IMG/VR virus record: IMGVR_UViG_3300050015_000276
Coordinates: 96,001-160,000 of that record
Direction: 5' to 3' (one strand)
From: a virus
Length of the DNA: 64,000 nt
In this document: piece after piece, positions 26,962 to 36,847 of the stretch
How positions within the stretch are numbered: position 1 is the first letter of the stretch
Layout: each line of letters begins with the position of its first letter
Notes under the pieces: model-generated
What the model saw: only the letters and a program-made list of their open reading frames with translations
Told to the model about the DNA's origin: nothing
The model's database searches: none
Translations under genes and position numbers: made by a program

Positions 26962-28188
26962 ATGACACTTAAACAAAAACAAGAGAATTTTGTTTCCATT
27001 GTTCAGAAACAATATGGAATTAATAGAGATTATATTACTCGCCAAGAAGTTATTTGGTTAATTAAGAATATTGGAATTAAAAGTCCAACCTGGTTAGTAA
27101 ACGATCTTCAATATAAAATTGCAAGAGGAAAGTATAAATTGCCGAATTTGTTACTTGGCCAAACTGCGCCACAATCCTCAGATGATGAAGATTTGACAAC
27201 TGTAGCCGAAGAAATATTTAATCCAAAACCAAAAAAAGAAGTAAAAAGGATTTTTCCAAAACATATTTCATATGTTCCTAGTGAAGGACTTGTTCCTGGT
27301 GCAGAACCTACATTTGTTCCTTTTGGTTGTTTTCAGGATGTGAAATCCATTATTGAAAGTGGTGTGTTTCTTCCAATTTATATTTCTGGACCGACACGTT
27401 CTGGAAAAACCTTAACGCCTATTCAAGTTTGTTCTCAACTCAAGAAAAATTTGTATCGTGTTAATATTACTATTGAGACAGATGAGAGTGATCTCTTAGG
27501 TGGATATAAATTGATTAACGGAGAAACAGTATGGGAGGATGGACCAGCAGTTAAAGCTATTGAAGATCCTACTGGTGCTGTATTGTTGCTAGATGAAATT
27601 GATTTGGGTTCTAATAAACTTCTTTGTCTCCAACCTATTTTAGAAGGAAATGGAATTTACATTAAGAAAACAAATAGGTGGGTTCGTCCTTCAGAAGGAT
27701 TTAATGTTATTGCGACAGCTAATACAAAAGGACGTGGTAGTGAAGATGGCCGATATATTGGTACTAATGTAATGAATGAAGCTATGTTAGAGCGGTTTCC
27801 TATTACATATGACCAAGGATATGCAAATAAGAAAATTGAGGCATCGATCCTTAAAAAGAATCTTAAAATGTATGGTGAAGAATCTCCGCAATTTATAGAT
27901 TGTTTGTGCCAATGGGCTGATAATATAAGGAAAACAAATGCTAACGGCGGCGTTGATGAAACTATTTCAACGGGGCGTTTGGTATACATTATTAAAACTT
28001 ATGTAGTTTTTGGACGTAATCGTATGAAAGCTATCAAAGATAATATTGCCCGATTTGATTTGAATACACAGACTAGTTTTTTGGATATGTATACCAAGAT
28101 TGATGAACATGCCGTAGATGGTCCAGACGACCAAATAGTTTTGGGAGTCGATCTTCAAACTCCTGTTGTGAAAAAAGTTTGTTGGTAG
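26962..28188 (+). CDS. MoxR/CobS-like AAA+ ATPase
   Basis: GPTRSGKT, LLLDEID, IATANTKGRG, N.A.LERF. Confidence 0.85.
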   Translation: MTLKQKQENFVSIVQKQYGINRDYITRQEVIWLIKNIGIKSPTWLVNDLQYKIARGKYKLPNLLLGQTAPQSSDDEDLTTVAEEIFNPKPKKEVKRIFPKHISYVPSEGLVPGAEPTFVPFGCFQDVKSIIESGVFLPIYISGPTRSGKTLTPIQVCSQLKKNLYRVNITIETDESDLLGGYKLINGETVWEDGPAVKAIEDPTGAVLLLDEIDLGSNKLLCLQPILEGNGIYIKKTNRWVRPSEGFNVIATANTKGRGSEDGRYIGTNVMNEAMLERFPITYDQGYANKKIEASILKKNLKMYGEESPQFIDCLCQWADNIRKTNANGGVDETISTGRLVYIIKTYVVFGRNRMKAIKDNIARFDLNTQTSFLDMYTKIDEHAVDGPDDQIVLGVDLQTPVVKKVCW

Positions 28189-28218
28189 TTGACTTCCAAT
28201 AGAAAATTGTGTTATAAT
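28189..28218 (+). promoter_or_regulatory. sigma70-type early promoter
   Basis: TTGACT-18-TATAAT. Confidence 0.6.
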
Positions 28219-28643
28219 TGATCAATATGAATAGTGCTGTGTGGGTCAAAGAACCTGACCCAGTAAAAAATAATTTACCTGCCGTGTGGGATCTGGTTTT
28301 GTCGGACCTTGAATTGTCACGGAAGAATCTTTCTAATGCTCCTCAATATCAAATATTGGATCTGTTAATAGCAGATATTCATTTGAGAGATATTACAGGC
28401 GAGAAGAAATATGGAGTTCGTCTTCAACCATTTAATGGTAGGAAGAATCTCAAAGATGCATATGAGGAGTTCTTGGATGCTGTTGTATATTTGCGTGCTG
28501 AATACTTCGAAATGACTTCTGGTGAGAAGACCGAAGAAATTGAAAGTTATGCCAGAAGTATTGGAGTTTTGTATACGACGGCACTGGATGCTTCTCTTAA
28601 ATTAAGATATTTAATGGAATTGAAAAAGGAACAGAATGGCTAA
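28218..28643 (+). CDS. Hypothetical protein, possible all-alpha NTP pyrophosphohydrolase-like
   Basis: G.KKYG..L...NGR..L.DAYEE.LDA.VYL. Confidence 0.45.
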   Translation: MINMNSAVWVKEPDPVKNNLPAVWDLVLSDLELSRKNLSNAPQYQILDLLIADIHLRDITGEKKYGVRLQPFNGRKNLKDAYEEFLDAVVYLRAEYFEMTSGEKTEEIESYARSIGVLYTTALDASLKLRYLMELKKEQNG

Positions 28644-29352
28644 AGCGAAATCGAAAATGGTAACAGAAATTACACCGGCAACAATTGAAGTTTTAAAGAA
28701 TGCTGCCCAGATTAATCAAACTCTGCTATTTCCTGTGGGAAATAAGTTGATAACGCGTTCAGTGAAAAAGCATACTTATTTGGAGACAGTTGTTGCTGAA
28801 TCTTTTCCAAAGAGGTTTACTATTTATGATTTGAATCAATTTCTTTCGGTAGTTACCCAATTTGAGAAACCAACATTGAATTTTGGTGATGCTGAGGAAT
28901 ATGTTAAGATCAGTGATGACGGTGGAGGAATGTCTGTTAAGTTTCATTATGGTGATGAATCGTTAGCATATATTCCTGATCCCAATAAGAGTGTTGCATT
29001 GCCAAGTACAGAAGTGACTGTGAAATTAACTGAAAAGGATTTCCGTCAAATTACAAATATGGCTCGTACTTTAGGCACTCCAGAACTTGCCCTCGAAAGT
29101 GATGGAAAAGTGTTAAAGTTGGTAACGATGGATAGTAAGAATTCGGCAACGAACACTACTGACCTACCAATTGGTGATGCTCCTTCAGATATTCCTTTTA
29201 CGTTTGTATGGAAGATTGAGTATCTAAAACTTATACCTGGAACCTATGAATTGGCAGTGAGTAAAGCGGGCTTGAGCCGATTCAAGCATTCGGATATGCA
29301 AATTGTATATCATATTGTCCTTGAGGCTGCTAGTACTAAATACGGAGAATAA
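28636..29352 (+). CDS. gp45: Sliding clamp gp45
   Basis: T..VLKN...IN..L, F.IYDLNQFLS; synteny with gp44/gp62. Confidence 0.85.
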   Translation: MAKAKSKMVTEITPATIEVLKNAAQINQTLLFPVGNKLITRSVKKHTYLETVVAESFPKRFTIYDLNQFLSVVTQFEKPTLNFGDAEEYVKISDDGGGMSVKFHYGDESLAYIPDPNKSVALPSTEVTVKLTEKDFRQITNMARTLGTPELALESDGKVLKLVTMDSKNSATNTTDLPIGDAPSDIPFTFVWKIEYLKLIPGTYELAVSKAGLSRFKHSDMQIVYHIVLEAASTKYGE

Positions 29353-29354
29353 TT

Positions 29355-29594
29355 ATGACAACAGAAGAGATTTTGAATATTTTAGAATTCATTCAGAAAT
29401 CTGCTGGTAGTGATACGGCGCATTTTATCGTATATGCTGATGGTAGTGGACATTTTGCGGCAGGTTATACGGAGGATTTTCCTCGAAAGACTTCTTGTTA
29501 TTTTAACCATGTTTCGTCAGTTAAATTGACTACGGTAGAAACAGAAATTTTAGAAAGTGATTCTTCATCTTTGATTCTTCCTTCAGAAAATTAA
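29355..29594 (+). CDS. Hypothetical protein
   Basis: ORF with GGAG RBS. Confidence 0.5.
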   Translation: MTTEEILNILEFIQKSAGSDTAHFIVYADGSGHFAAGYTEDFPRKTSCYFNHVSSVKLTTVETEILESDSSSLILPSEN

Positions 29595-29602
29595 TAGTTT
29601 AA

Positions 29603-29678
29603 GGGGATGTCTGCCAACTGGTAAAGCAAGCGGACCTTCAATCCATTAATCCGAGTTCGAGTCTCGGCGTCCCTACCA
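29603..29678 (+). tRNA. trnE: tRNA, anticodon most likely TTC (Glu) with non-canonical C33
   Basis: Cloverleaf GGGGATG/CGTCCCT, T-arm CCGAG-TTCGAGT-CTCGG, loop CC-TTC-AA, CCA end. Confidence 0.7.
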
Positions 29679-29683
29679 AAAAT

Positions 29684-29959
29684 ATGCCCAAATCAAATAA
29701 TGGTCGAGATACAAAACTCCACTGTCAAACATGTGGAAAGAAGCGAAATATGATTCAGTTTTTCGCTATCAACACGGATCAAAAGGATGAAAAGAGTAAG
29801 GTTTATCCTTTTGATCTTAAGAGGTTCTTGGAACTTATTAATTCTAATGAAATGGTAAAGTTGCCAAAGTATTATGTCGGAGTTTGCGGTATGTGTTATC
29901 AGAAGACATTTTTTCGTGGTAAGAATCATGGAAAGAAATTAGAAATTGTTGATGTATAA
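29684..29959 (+). CDS. Hypothetical Zn-finger protein
   Basis: CQTC...CGMC. Confidence 0.55.
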   Translation: MPKSNNGRDTKLHCQTCGKKRNMIQFFAINTDQKDEKSKVYPFDLKRFLELINSNEMVKLPKYYVGVCGMCYQKTFFRGKNHGKKLEIVDV

Positions 29960-29984
29960 TTTTCTTTATTGAGGATATTTTATT

Positions 29985-30929
29985 ATGATTAGATCTGAAA
30001 TTATCTGGACAGAAAAGTTTAGACCACATACAATTAAAGATTGTGTTTTGCCAGAATCTTTACAACAAATTTTTCGGGCGTATGTGGATAAAAATATTAT
30101 TCCTAATATGGTGTTATCTGGTGGTCCAGGTATTGGAAAAACTACTGTGGCTCGCGCTCTATGCGATGAATTAGATGCTGATTTTTTATATATCAACGCA
30201 TCAGAAAATGGTAATATTGATACCATCCGAACTGATATCCGAGGATTTGCCTCTACGGTTAGTATGACTGGTGGACGTAAAGTTATTTTGTTGGATGAAG
30301 CTGACGGACTCACGGCTGTGGCGCAGCAGGCTCTCCGTGGTTTTATTGAAGAATTTGCAGGTAATGCCTCATTTATTTTGACTTGTAATTTTAAAAACAA
30401 AATTATTGATGCATTACAATCAAGATGCCCTGTAATTGAATTCAAACCAACCAAAGCTGACAAACCCAAAATGGCAAGGCAAATGCATTTGCGAGCCGTT
30501 GATATCCTCAAGAGAGAAAATATACCTTATGAGGATAAGGTCCTTGCTCAATTGATTATGAGATTCTTTCCTGATTTTAGGGAAACTATTGGAGTACTTC
30601 AGAAATATTCGATTGTTGGAAAAATTGATTCGGGTATCATTTCTGCCCTTGATGATTTTCCAATCAAGACTCTTATGGCGTCAATGAAAGAAAAAGATTT
30701 CACCAAGGTTCGTAGATGGGTTGCAGATAATTCAGATAATGAGCCAACTAGGATTTATCGCCAATTGTTTGATGCTATGAATGATCTATTAGAACCACGT
30801 TCTATTCCTCCTTTTGTATTGATATTAGGTGATTTTTTGGACCAAGCTAGTAGGTCATTGGACCAAGAAGTTTGTTTACTTGCTTTTCTTACAAGAATTA
30901 TGATTGAAGAGGATATCAATTGGAAATGA
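29985..30929 (+). CDS. gp44: Clamp loader large subunit gp44
   Basis: WTEKFRP..I..C.LP, GPGIGKTT, LLDEAD, SRC. Confidence 0.93.
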   Translation: MIRSEIIWTEKFRPHTIKDCVLPESLQQIFRAYVDKNIIPNMVLSGGPGIGKTTVARALCDELDADFLYINASENGNIDTIRTDIRGFASTVSMTGGRKVILLDEADGLTAVAQQALRGFIEEFAGNASFILTCNFKNKIIDALQSRCPVIEFKPTKADKPKMARQMHLRAVDILKRENIPYEDKVLAQLIMRFFPDFRETIGVLQKYSIVGKIDSGIISALDDFPIKTLMASMKEKDFTKVRRWVADNSDNEPTRIYRQLFDAMNDLLEPRSIPPFVLILGDFLDQASRSLDQEVCLLAFLTRIMIEEDINWK

Positions 30930-31117
30930 AAGAACTTCACTTGCTCAGAGATGCTATAGTAAATGCCATTGATTATATGCATCATGACAGATTTTGTGAC
31001 ATAGATCAATGTGATGTTTGTACTTGCTATATGGAAAGGGCCGCCGAAGAATTGCGAATGGCATTTAATGCCGTTAATGCACAGGTATATAAATGCCGGA
31101 CCTCGGACAAATTTTAA
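30920..31117 (+). CDS. Hypothetical protein
   Basis: Coupled small ORF between gp44 and gp62. Confidence 0.45.
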   Translation: MEMKELHLLRDAIVNAIDYMHHDRFCDIDQCDVCTCYMERAAEELRMAFNAVNAQVYKCRTSDKF

Positions 31118-31506
31118 ATTCTATACACCATGTCAAGAATGATCTTTTTCGAGAAGAAGGTTCCGATCCTCAACTTGTAGAAAAAGAATATAAAAAATTG
31201 GCATTTGTGGTAAACCGATGCCTTTCATATTTTATCGATACGGTTTTCCACGCCCAAGAAATGAACCAACGTTCTTCCTTAGATGGTAAACCACAATATC
31301 AATACCACCTTCATGCCATTAAAAAAGGCAAGAGATTTTCTAGAGGAATGAAAATTGAGAATCCGGAGAATTTGAAAATTGTAAAAGAGTATTACAATTT
31401 TTCAGATAAGAAGGCAAGAAAAGCTTTACAGATATTGTCTCCTGAAGATATTGAATTTATTAAAGCGAGATTGTATCAGGGTGGAACTGGTAAGAAGAAA
31501 ATGTGA
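31093..31506 (+). CDS. gp62: Clamp loader small subunit gp62
   Basis: FVVNRCLSYF.DT, IKKGKRFS, VKEYYNFS..KA..AL.IL. Confidence 0.88.
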   Translation: MPDLGQILNSIHHVKNDLFREEGSDPQLVEKEYKKLAFVVNRCLSYFIDTVFHAQEMNQRSSLDGKPQYQYHLHAIKKGKRFSRGMKIENPENLKIVKEYYNFSDKKARKALQILSPEDIEFIKARLYQGGTGKKKM

Positions 31507-31510
31507 ATGA

Positions 31511-31518
31511 TATAAATA
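31511..31518 (+). promoter_or_regulatory. T4-type late promoter motif
   Basis: TATAAATA upstream of regA. Confidence 0.5.
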
Positions 31519-31600
31519 TCCATGTACTCTTTGTGGAATATTATTGAGTCTTTCAACCTTCATTATACCATGAGGAGAATTTGACCGAAGGAATAAAGAT

Positions 31601-32014
31601 ATGTTATTTGACGATGTTGGAATTGAAATTAGATTGAAAGCCGAAGATGATTTTTTGAAGGTGAGAGAAACATTAACTCGGATTGGTATAGCTTCAAGAA
31701 AAGAACCAAAATTATTTCAATCGGCACATATATTACACAAGCAGGGTAGATATAAGATTCTCCATTTTAAGGAACTTTTTAAGTTAGATGGTAAACCTAC
31801 AAATTTATCCGAAGAAGATATTGCACGGCGCAATACCATTGCAAATTTATTGGGCGATTGGGGTTTAGTAGTATTGTTAGATCCCGAAAAATCGGCTGCT
31901 CCTGTTGTATCTATTAACGTTTTAAAAATAGTATCCTTTAAGGATAAAGTAAATTGGGAATTGGTTCCGAAGTATAACATTGGTCGTAAAAAAGTTATTT
32001 TGAATGTGTCATAA
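31601..32014 (+). CDS. regA: Translational repressor RegA
   Basis: DDFLKVRETLTRIGIAS, QSAHILHKQGRY.I.HFKELF.LDG, W.LV.KYNIG. Confidence 0.95.
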   Translation: MLFDDVGIEIRLKAEDDFLKVRETLTRIGIASRKEPKLFQSAHILHKQGRYKILHFKELFKLDGKPTNLSEEDIARRNTIANLLGDWGLVVLLDPEKSAAPVVSINVLKIVSFKDKVNWELVPKYNIGRKKVILNVS

Positions 32015-32058
32015 AATAAAACTAGACATTTGTGTATTATTGTGATAAGCTAGATATT

Positions 32059-32793
32059 ATGAAACACCCAAAAGATCTATTACGAAATAGTAAGGTTTTA
32101 TTTCATTGGATTGAATCTAAGGTTGGCCAACCTTGGAATAATGTATATTCTGAATTGTGTTCTCTTGCAGATATGCGGAGTAAGGTTGGCCAAACTCTTC
32201 GTGGCCAGATAGGTTGGACTGTCGAAATTAATGTTTTTATTGGTGATGATGATAAGGCATATTCTCAAAAAACTGGTTATCCTGTCAGGAATTTCTACGT
32301 TCATCCCAAAACTGGGATCCTTTGTTCTCCTTTGAAAGTTGTTTATAAACCAAAACCCAAAAAGATTGAGAGTGTATTTTGGTATAGTATTAATTCCAAA
32401 GGAAGTGTTTGTTTTGAATCGGTAACTTTTGATCGTCCAGCTAAATGTGGATGTGTTCACTACAAACCTAAAATGGATATTAAAGAAAGATATTCCGATT
32501 TTAATGCTAAACCTAAGATTTGTATCCATGGTAATGAAGCTTCGAAGGAAACTATTTGGTATGTTGTAGAATATGGAGAACATGATCCGGACGATGTTTA
32601 TAAAATTTATTCTTATGAGACTTGTGAAAATGATTACGGTTTTCGCTTTTTTTATGGTTTGAAAAAACCGGGAGATAAATTTGTAGTTTATTATCGTGAT
32701 AATCCAAACGCCCAACGCCGATATGAGATTCATAGGAAACAGGCGAATCATAAAGAATTGTTAGTACTGCGGCAGTTGATAAATAAATTGTGA
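32059..32793 (+). CDS. Hypothetical protein
   Basis: Long ORF after a promoter-like TAGACA..TAAGCT. Confidence 0.6.
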   Translation: MKHPKDLLRNSKVLFHWIESKVGQPWNNVYSELCSLADMRSKVGQTLRGQIGWTVEINVFIGDDDKAYSQKTGYPVRNFYVHPKTGILCSPLKVVYKPKPKKIESVFWYSINSKGSVCFESVTFDRPAKCGCVHYKPKMDIKERYSDFNAKPKICIHGNEASKETIWYVVEYGEHDPDDVYKIYSYETCENDYGFRFFYGLKKPGDKFVVYYRDNPNAQRRYEIHRKQANHKELLVLRQLINKL

Positions 32794-32800
32794 GAGATAG

Positions 32801-33001
32801 ATGCGGCAATTAAACGAAGCATTAGAATTAGAACAGGAAAATGATAAGTACCGAGAAACTCTGTATTTATTGAAATCGGAAATTGCAAGAATCCGTAGTG
32901 AGTATTTTCTTGGAGCTATAATTTTGAATGAAATGGCAATTGAAGAAATTGATGAAGAATTGGAAACAGTTGCTTTGTCAATTGAAAACGTTTTGTTTTA
33001 A
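32801..33001 (+). CDS. Hypothetical protein
   Basis: Short coiled-coil ORF. Confidence 0.5.
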   Translation: MRQLNEALELEQENDKYRETLYLLKSEIARIRSEYFLGAIILNEMAIEEIDEELETVALSIENVLF

Positions 33002-33018
33002 CATTTAAGGATATTATT

Positions 33019-33924
33019 ATGCTCAATGTGAAAGGTCCAGAAGGTGATCTTGGAGTTATAATTGCAAGATTTCAAACTCCAGTACTTACACCAGCACACC
33101 GAGAATTGATTGATACTGTTAGGTCTCGCCATAAGAAATTTATCATTATTCTTGGTGTGTCTCCGGTTTGTCCATCAACTAAAAATCCATTTGATTTTTC
33201 TACGAGATACCAGTTAATTCAGGAATCTTATCCCACTGTGGCCATCATTCCAATACAAGATGTTCGTTCTGATAAAATGTGGTCTGATAATTTGGATCAA
33301 CTTATCCGAGGAATTTATTCGTATGAGAAAGTTGTTTTGTATGGATCTAGGGATTCTTTTATTACGCATTATAAAGGAAAGTTTATTACAGTAGATTTAG
33401 AGGCATTTGGAGATTTTGCCAGTACGAAAGCTCGTCAGGATGCATTTCATGATATTCGTTCTACTGAGGATTTTCGTAGAGGAATTTGTTATGCTGCGGC
33501 CAACCAATATAGGAAGAATATTCTTTGTGTTGATGTTGCCGTAATTAAACAAGAACAAGTTCTTTTAGGACGAAAAAATGAAGACGGCGAACTTTGGCGT
33601 TTTCTTGGTGGACACGTTAATGCTAATGAAACTGCCGAAACTACCGCGCGCCGAGAAGCATCAGAGGAAGCTGGAGGTATAGGTTTAGGAAATATCAATT
33701 ATATAGGAAGTACTCATATTGATGATTGGAGATATTCGGGAATTGATGATGGAATCTTCACAATGTTTTTTGCAGCAGATTATCAATTTGGTCAGGTTAA
33801 AGGAACTGATGATATTGATATTGTGAAGTGGTTTAATTTTTATGATTTACAATATACTATGTTTGTTCCGGAACATATAATTCTATACCAGATGTTTATG
33901 AAATATTTGAAAGGTCGAAAGTAA
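33019..33924 (+). CDS. Bifunctional NMN adenylyltransferase / Nudix ADP-ribose pyrophosphatase (NadM-Nudix)
   Basis: GVIIARFQ...T.AH (HxGH-like), LYGSRDSF; Nudix box GG......ET...ARREA.EE.G. Confidence 0.85.
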   Translation: MLNVKGPEGDLGVIIARFQTPVLTPAHRELIDTVRSRHKKFIIILGVSPVCPSTKNPFDFSTRYQLIQESYPTVAIIPIQDVRSDKMWSDNLDQLIRGIYSYEKVVLYGSRDSFITHYKGKFITVDLEAFGDFASTKARQDAFHDIRSTEDFRRGICYAAANQYRKNILCVDVAVIKQEQVLLGRKNEDGELWRFLGGHVNANETAETTARREASEEAGGIGLGNINYIGSTHIDDWRYSGIDDGIFTMFFAADYQFGQVKGTDDIDIVKWFNFYDLQYTMFVPEHIILYQMFMKYLKGRK

Positions 33925-33926
33925 TT

Positions 33927-35405
33927 ATGATTACAATTGAAAATTTCTCCGATATTTACCCACTCGCTTATGAACTTCTGGTAAATGTTATTATTGATTC
34001 AGATAGTTATAAGACTAGTCACTGGAAACAGTATCCTCCGGATACACAATATATTGTTAGTTATTTGGAAAGTCGCGGAGGCCGATTTGCAAAAACTCGG
34101 CAATTTGGTTTCCAGTATATTATTAAGAATCAGTTTTGTGGAATTACTGTTACACATGAAATGATTGATGTTGCCAAGTTTATTATTGTTCAGCATATGG
34201 GTGGTATTCCTGAATATTTTAATGAATCTGGTTGGCGATATATTGTTGATCATTGTGGTGGTAAGTTACCAATTTCAATTAAAATTATTCCTGAAGGATA
34301 TTTGGTTGAAGTTCACAATGCGCTTGCGGTAATGACTAATACGGATCCTCATTGTTATTGGTTGGTAAATTATCTTGAGACAGCATTTCATCGCGTATGG
34401 TATCCAATTACTGTATGTACTCTCAGTTCTGAAATTCGACAAGTGATCTTGGAATTTTTGACTAAATCTGGAACTCCAGAACTTATTGATTTCATGTTGC
34501 AGGATTTTGGTAGTCGTGGTGTGTCGTGCCGCGAGGAAGCTATGATCGGCGCGGCCGCTCATGCTGTTAATTTTCGTGGTAGTGATACTATGATAGCAAT
34601 TCCAATGCTTATGAAATATTATAATGCATCTAAAATGCCACTTTTTAGTGTTCCTGCTTCAGAGCATAGTACGATGACCTCATGGGGAAAAGATAATGAG
34701 GTTGATGCTGTAGAAAATATGTTGGATAGTTATCCTAGTGGTATTGTATCTATTGTCGGAGACTCTTTTGATATTTACAATTTTTGTAAAGTTATTCTAG
34801 GACAGAAACTTTACAAAAAAGTAATCAATCGGAGGGGTGTTGTTGTAGTTCGTCCTGATTCTGGAGAACCATGTGAAGTAGTTCCTAAATTGCTTGAAAT
34901 TCTTTCTGATGCTTTTGGTTATGAAACGAATGAGAAAGGATATAAAATTCTTCCGCATTTTATTCGCATTCTGCAAGGTGACGGAATGAACTTTCATACT
35001 CTTCGCCGATTGTGCGTCACAATTACTGATTTGGGATGGTCACTTGATAATATGGCTTGTTTTGGTATGGGTGGCAAGTTACTTAGAGGAGTGGATCGGG
35101 ATACACAGAAGTTTGCTTTTAAGTGTTGTGCTATTAATCGTGATGGAGAGTGGTTTGAAGTCTATAAAGATCCCATTACAGATCCTGGTAAGACCTCTAT
35201 CCGAGGTATTCCATATGTAACATATCGTTTTGGTTCTGGATTTAAAACTCATACCACACTTGATCCAACACCTCAATATGGAAATCGTCTTGTTGAAATT
35301 TACCGAGATGGTGAAATGATTAAGGAAACTACATTTGATGAAGTGCTAAAGAATGCGGCATTGGAAGATTACAGTATTCTTGTTAGCGACAAATATGGTA
35401 AGTAG
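33927..35405 (+). CDS. nadV: Nicotinamide phosphoribosyltransferase
   Basis: DSDSYKTSHW.QYP, DFGSRG, ASEHSTMTSWG, VVRPDSG, ILQGDG, RDTQKFAFK. Confidence 0.93.
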   Translation: MITIENFSDIYPLAYELLVNVIIDSDSYKTSHWKQYPPDTQYIVSYLESRGGRFAKTRQFGFQYIIKNQFCGITVTHEMIDVAKFIIVQHMGGIPEYFNESGWRYIVDHCGGKLPISIKIIPEGYLVEVHNALAVMTNTDPHCYWLVNYLETAFHRVWYPITVCTLSSEIRQVILEFLTKSGTPELIDFMLQDFGSRGVSCREEAMIGAAAHAVNFRGSDTMIAIPMLMKYYNASKMPLFSVPASEHSTMTSWGKDNEVDAVENMLDSYPSGIVSIVGDSFDIYNFCKVILGQKLYKKVINRRGVVVVRPDSGEPCEVVPKLLEILSDAFGYETNEKGYKILPHFIRILQGDGMNFHTLRRLCVTITDLGWSLDNMACFGMGGKLLRGVDRDTQKFAFKCCAINRDGEWFEVYKDPITDPGKTSIRGIPYVTYRFGSGFKTHTTLDPTPQYGNRLVEIYRDGEMIKETTFDEVLKNAALEDYSILVSDKYGK

Positions 35406-35410
35406 ATAAT

Positions 35411-35448
35411 TTAGCGGCTTGGCCTCACGGTCTGGCCGCTATTTTATA
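35411..35448 (+). terminator. Putative intrinsic terminator after nadV
   Basis: TAGCGGC...GCCGCTA stem followed by TTTTAT. Confidence 0.6.
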
Positions 35449-35574
35449 TTCAGAAGACTTTTAAATACTCGATCCCTGCGATTCCCAGACGATCCTAGAG
35501 GGGTTCAGTACAGGGTACGTGGTTTGGGGTGGGGTAAGTACTTAACCCTTCAAAAGGAATGCAGAACCAAAAAC

Positions 35575-35603
35575 TTGACATTCTAATTGCGATGTGTTAT
35601 TCT
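35575..35603 (+). promoter_or_regulatory. sigma70-type early promoter
   Basis: TTGACA-17-TATTCT. Confidence 0.65.
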
Positions 35604-35612
35604 TATATTGAT

Positions 35613-35831
35613 ATGACTAACGCACAAAAATTACTTAAGAGGCTCGAATGGTCTGATAGGAAACAAGGGCAAGGATATGGTTATATGGGTTCCGGAAATG
35701 ATGGTCCAATATTTCCAGCTTGTCCTATTTGTAATGGTGCTAAACCTGGTACCGGTGCTGAAAAAGAATTTAGTTCTGGAATAGGACATACCGTACGTTG
35801 CGTTCTTAAAAAAGAATTGGAAAAGGTATAA
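35613..35831 (+). CDS. Hypothetical protein
   Basis: ORF after promoter; CPIC motif. Confidence 0.55.
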   Translation: MTNAQKLLKRLEWSDRKQGQGYGYMGSGNDGPIFPACPICNGAKPGTGAEKEFSSGIGHTVRCVLKKELEKV

Positions 35832-35835
35832 TATT

Positions 35836-36846
35836 ATGAGTGATCATAAATGCGAAATCGTGCCAGTGGTTCTTGAGAAGCATCCAAATGCTGATACTTT
35901 GAGTGTGGTCCGTGTGTTTGATGGATATACGGTTATTGTGAGGACTGCTGATTGGGAAGGAATTTCTCAGGGTGTTTATCTTCCTCCCGATACTGTGGTT
36001 CCTGATACTGAGCAATTCAAATTCCTTGAAGGACACCTTAGAATTAAAGCCAAGAAACTCCGTGGTATTGAAAGTTACGGAATGTTGGTTCCTGTGCCGT
36101 GGAATGCTTCTGGTGATGATATTATTGAATATCATATTGGTGATGATCTTGCAGAAGTGATGGTAATGCAGCATTACGAACCGGAACTATCATCGTTCCT
36201 TAAGTCTGCTATGGGCAATGCTGGTGATCCTCCGCCAATCCAGGGCAGTATTTACGATATGGAAAACTGGCGCAAATACAAGAATGAATTTGTTAGTGGG
36301 GAAGAAGTTGTAATTAGCGAAAAGATTCACGGAACAAATTCACGATACACTTACCAGAATGGACGAATGTATTGTGGATCTCATCGTACATGGAAGAAAC
36401 AGGAAGTAGATGATTCTAAGAAAAATCTATACTGGGACATCCTTAAGTCTCACCCATGGGTTGAGGCATTTTGTCGATTGAATCCAGGTTTTATTCTTTA
36501 TGGAGAGATTTTTGGTGCAGTTCAGAAAGGTTTTAATTATGGATCAACTCAAGACAACCCTTACCAGTTTCGCGCTTTTGATGTCTTCGCCGAGGGGCGT
36601 TTTCTGGATTATGATAATGCTCTTGGGGGTGCCAAGTCTGATTTCTTGGTTCCCGTCCTCTACCGTGGCCCATATTCTCATGACATTGTTGCAAAGTATA
36701 TGAATGGTAGGGACAGTATTAGTAATACACATATCAGGGAAGGAATTGTTGTAAAGCCAACAGTGGAAAGATATAGTCCAAGACTTCATGGACGTGTTAT
36801 TCTTAAATGTGTTTCGATGGATTATCTTTCTCAAAAAGGAAAATAA
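35836..36846 (+). CDS. RNA ligase (Rnl2/DRB0094-like) with N-terminal OB/tRNA-binding domain
   Basis: HPNAD.L, IKAKKLRGIES.G; SEKIHGTN, LYGEI.G, F..FDV, REGIVVKP, LK.VS..YL. Confidence 0.85.
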   Translation: MSDHKCEIVPVVLEKHPNADTLSVVRVFDGYTVIVRTADWEGISQGVYLPPDTVVPDTEQFKFLEGHLRIKAKKLRGIESYGMLVPVPWNASGDDIIEYHIGDDLAEVMVMQHYEPELSSFLKSAMGNAGDPPPIQGSIYDMENWRKYKNEFVSGEEVVISEKIHGTNSRYTYQNGRMYCGSHRTWKKQEVDDSKKNLYWDILKSHPWVEAFCRLNPGFILYGEIFGAVQKGFNYGSTQDNPYQFRAFDVFAEGRFLDYDNALGGAKSDFLVPVLYRGPYSHDIVAKYMNGRDSISNTHIREGIVVKPTVERYSPRLHGRVILKCVSMDYLSQKGK

Positions 36847-36847
36847 A

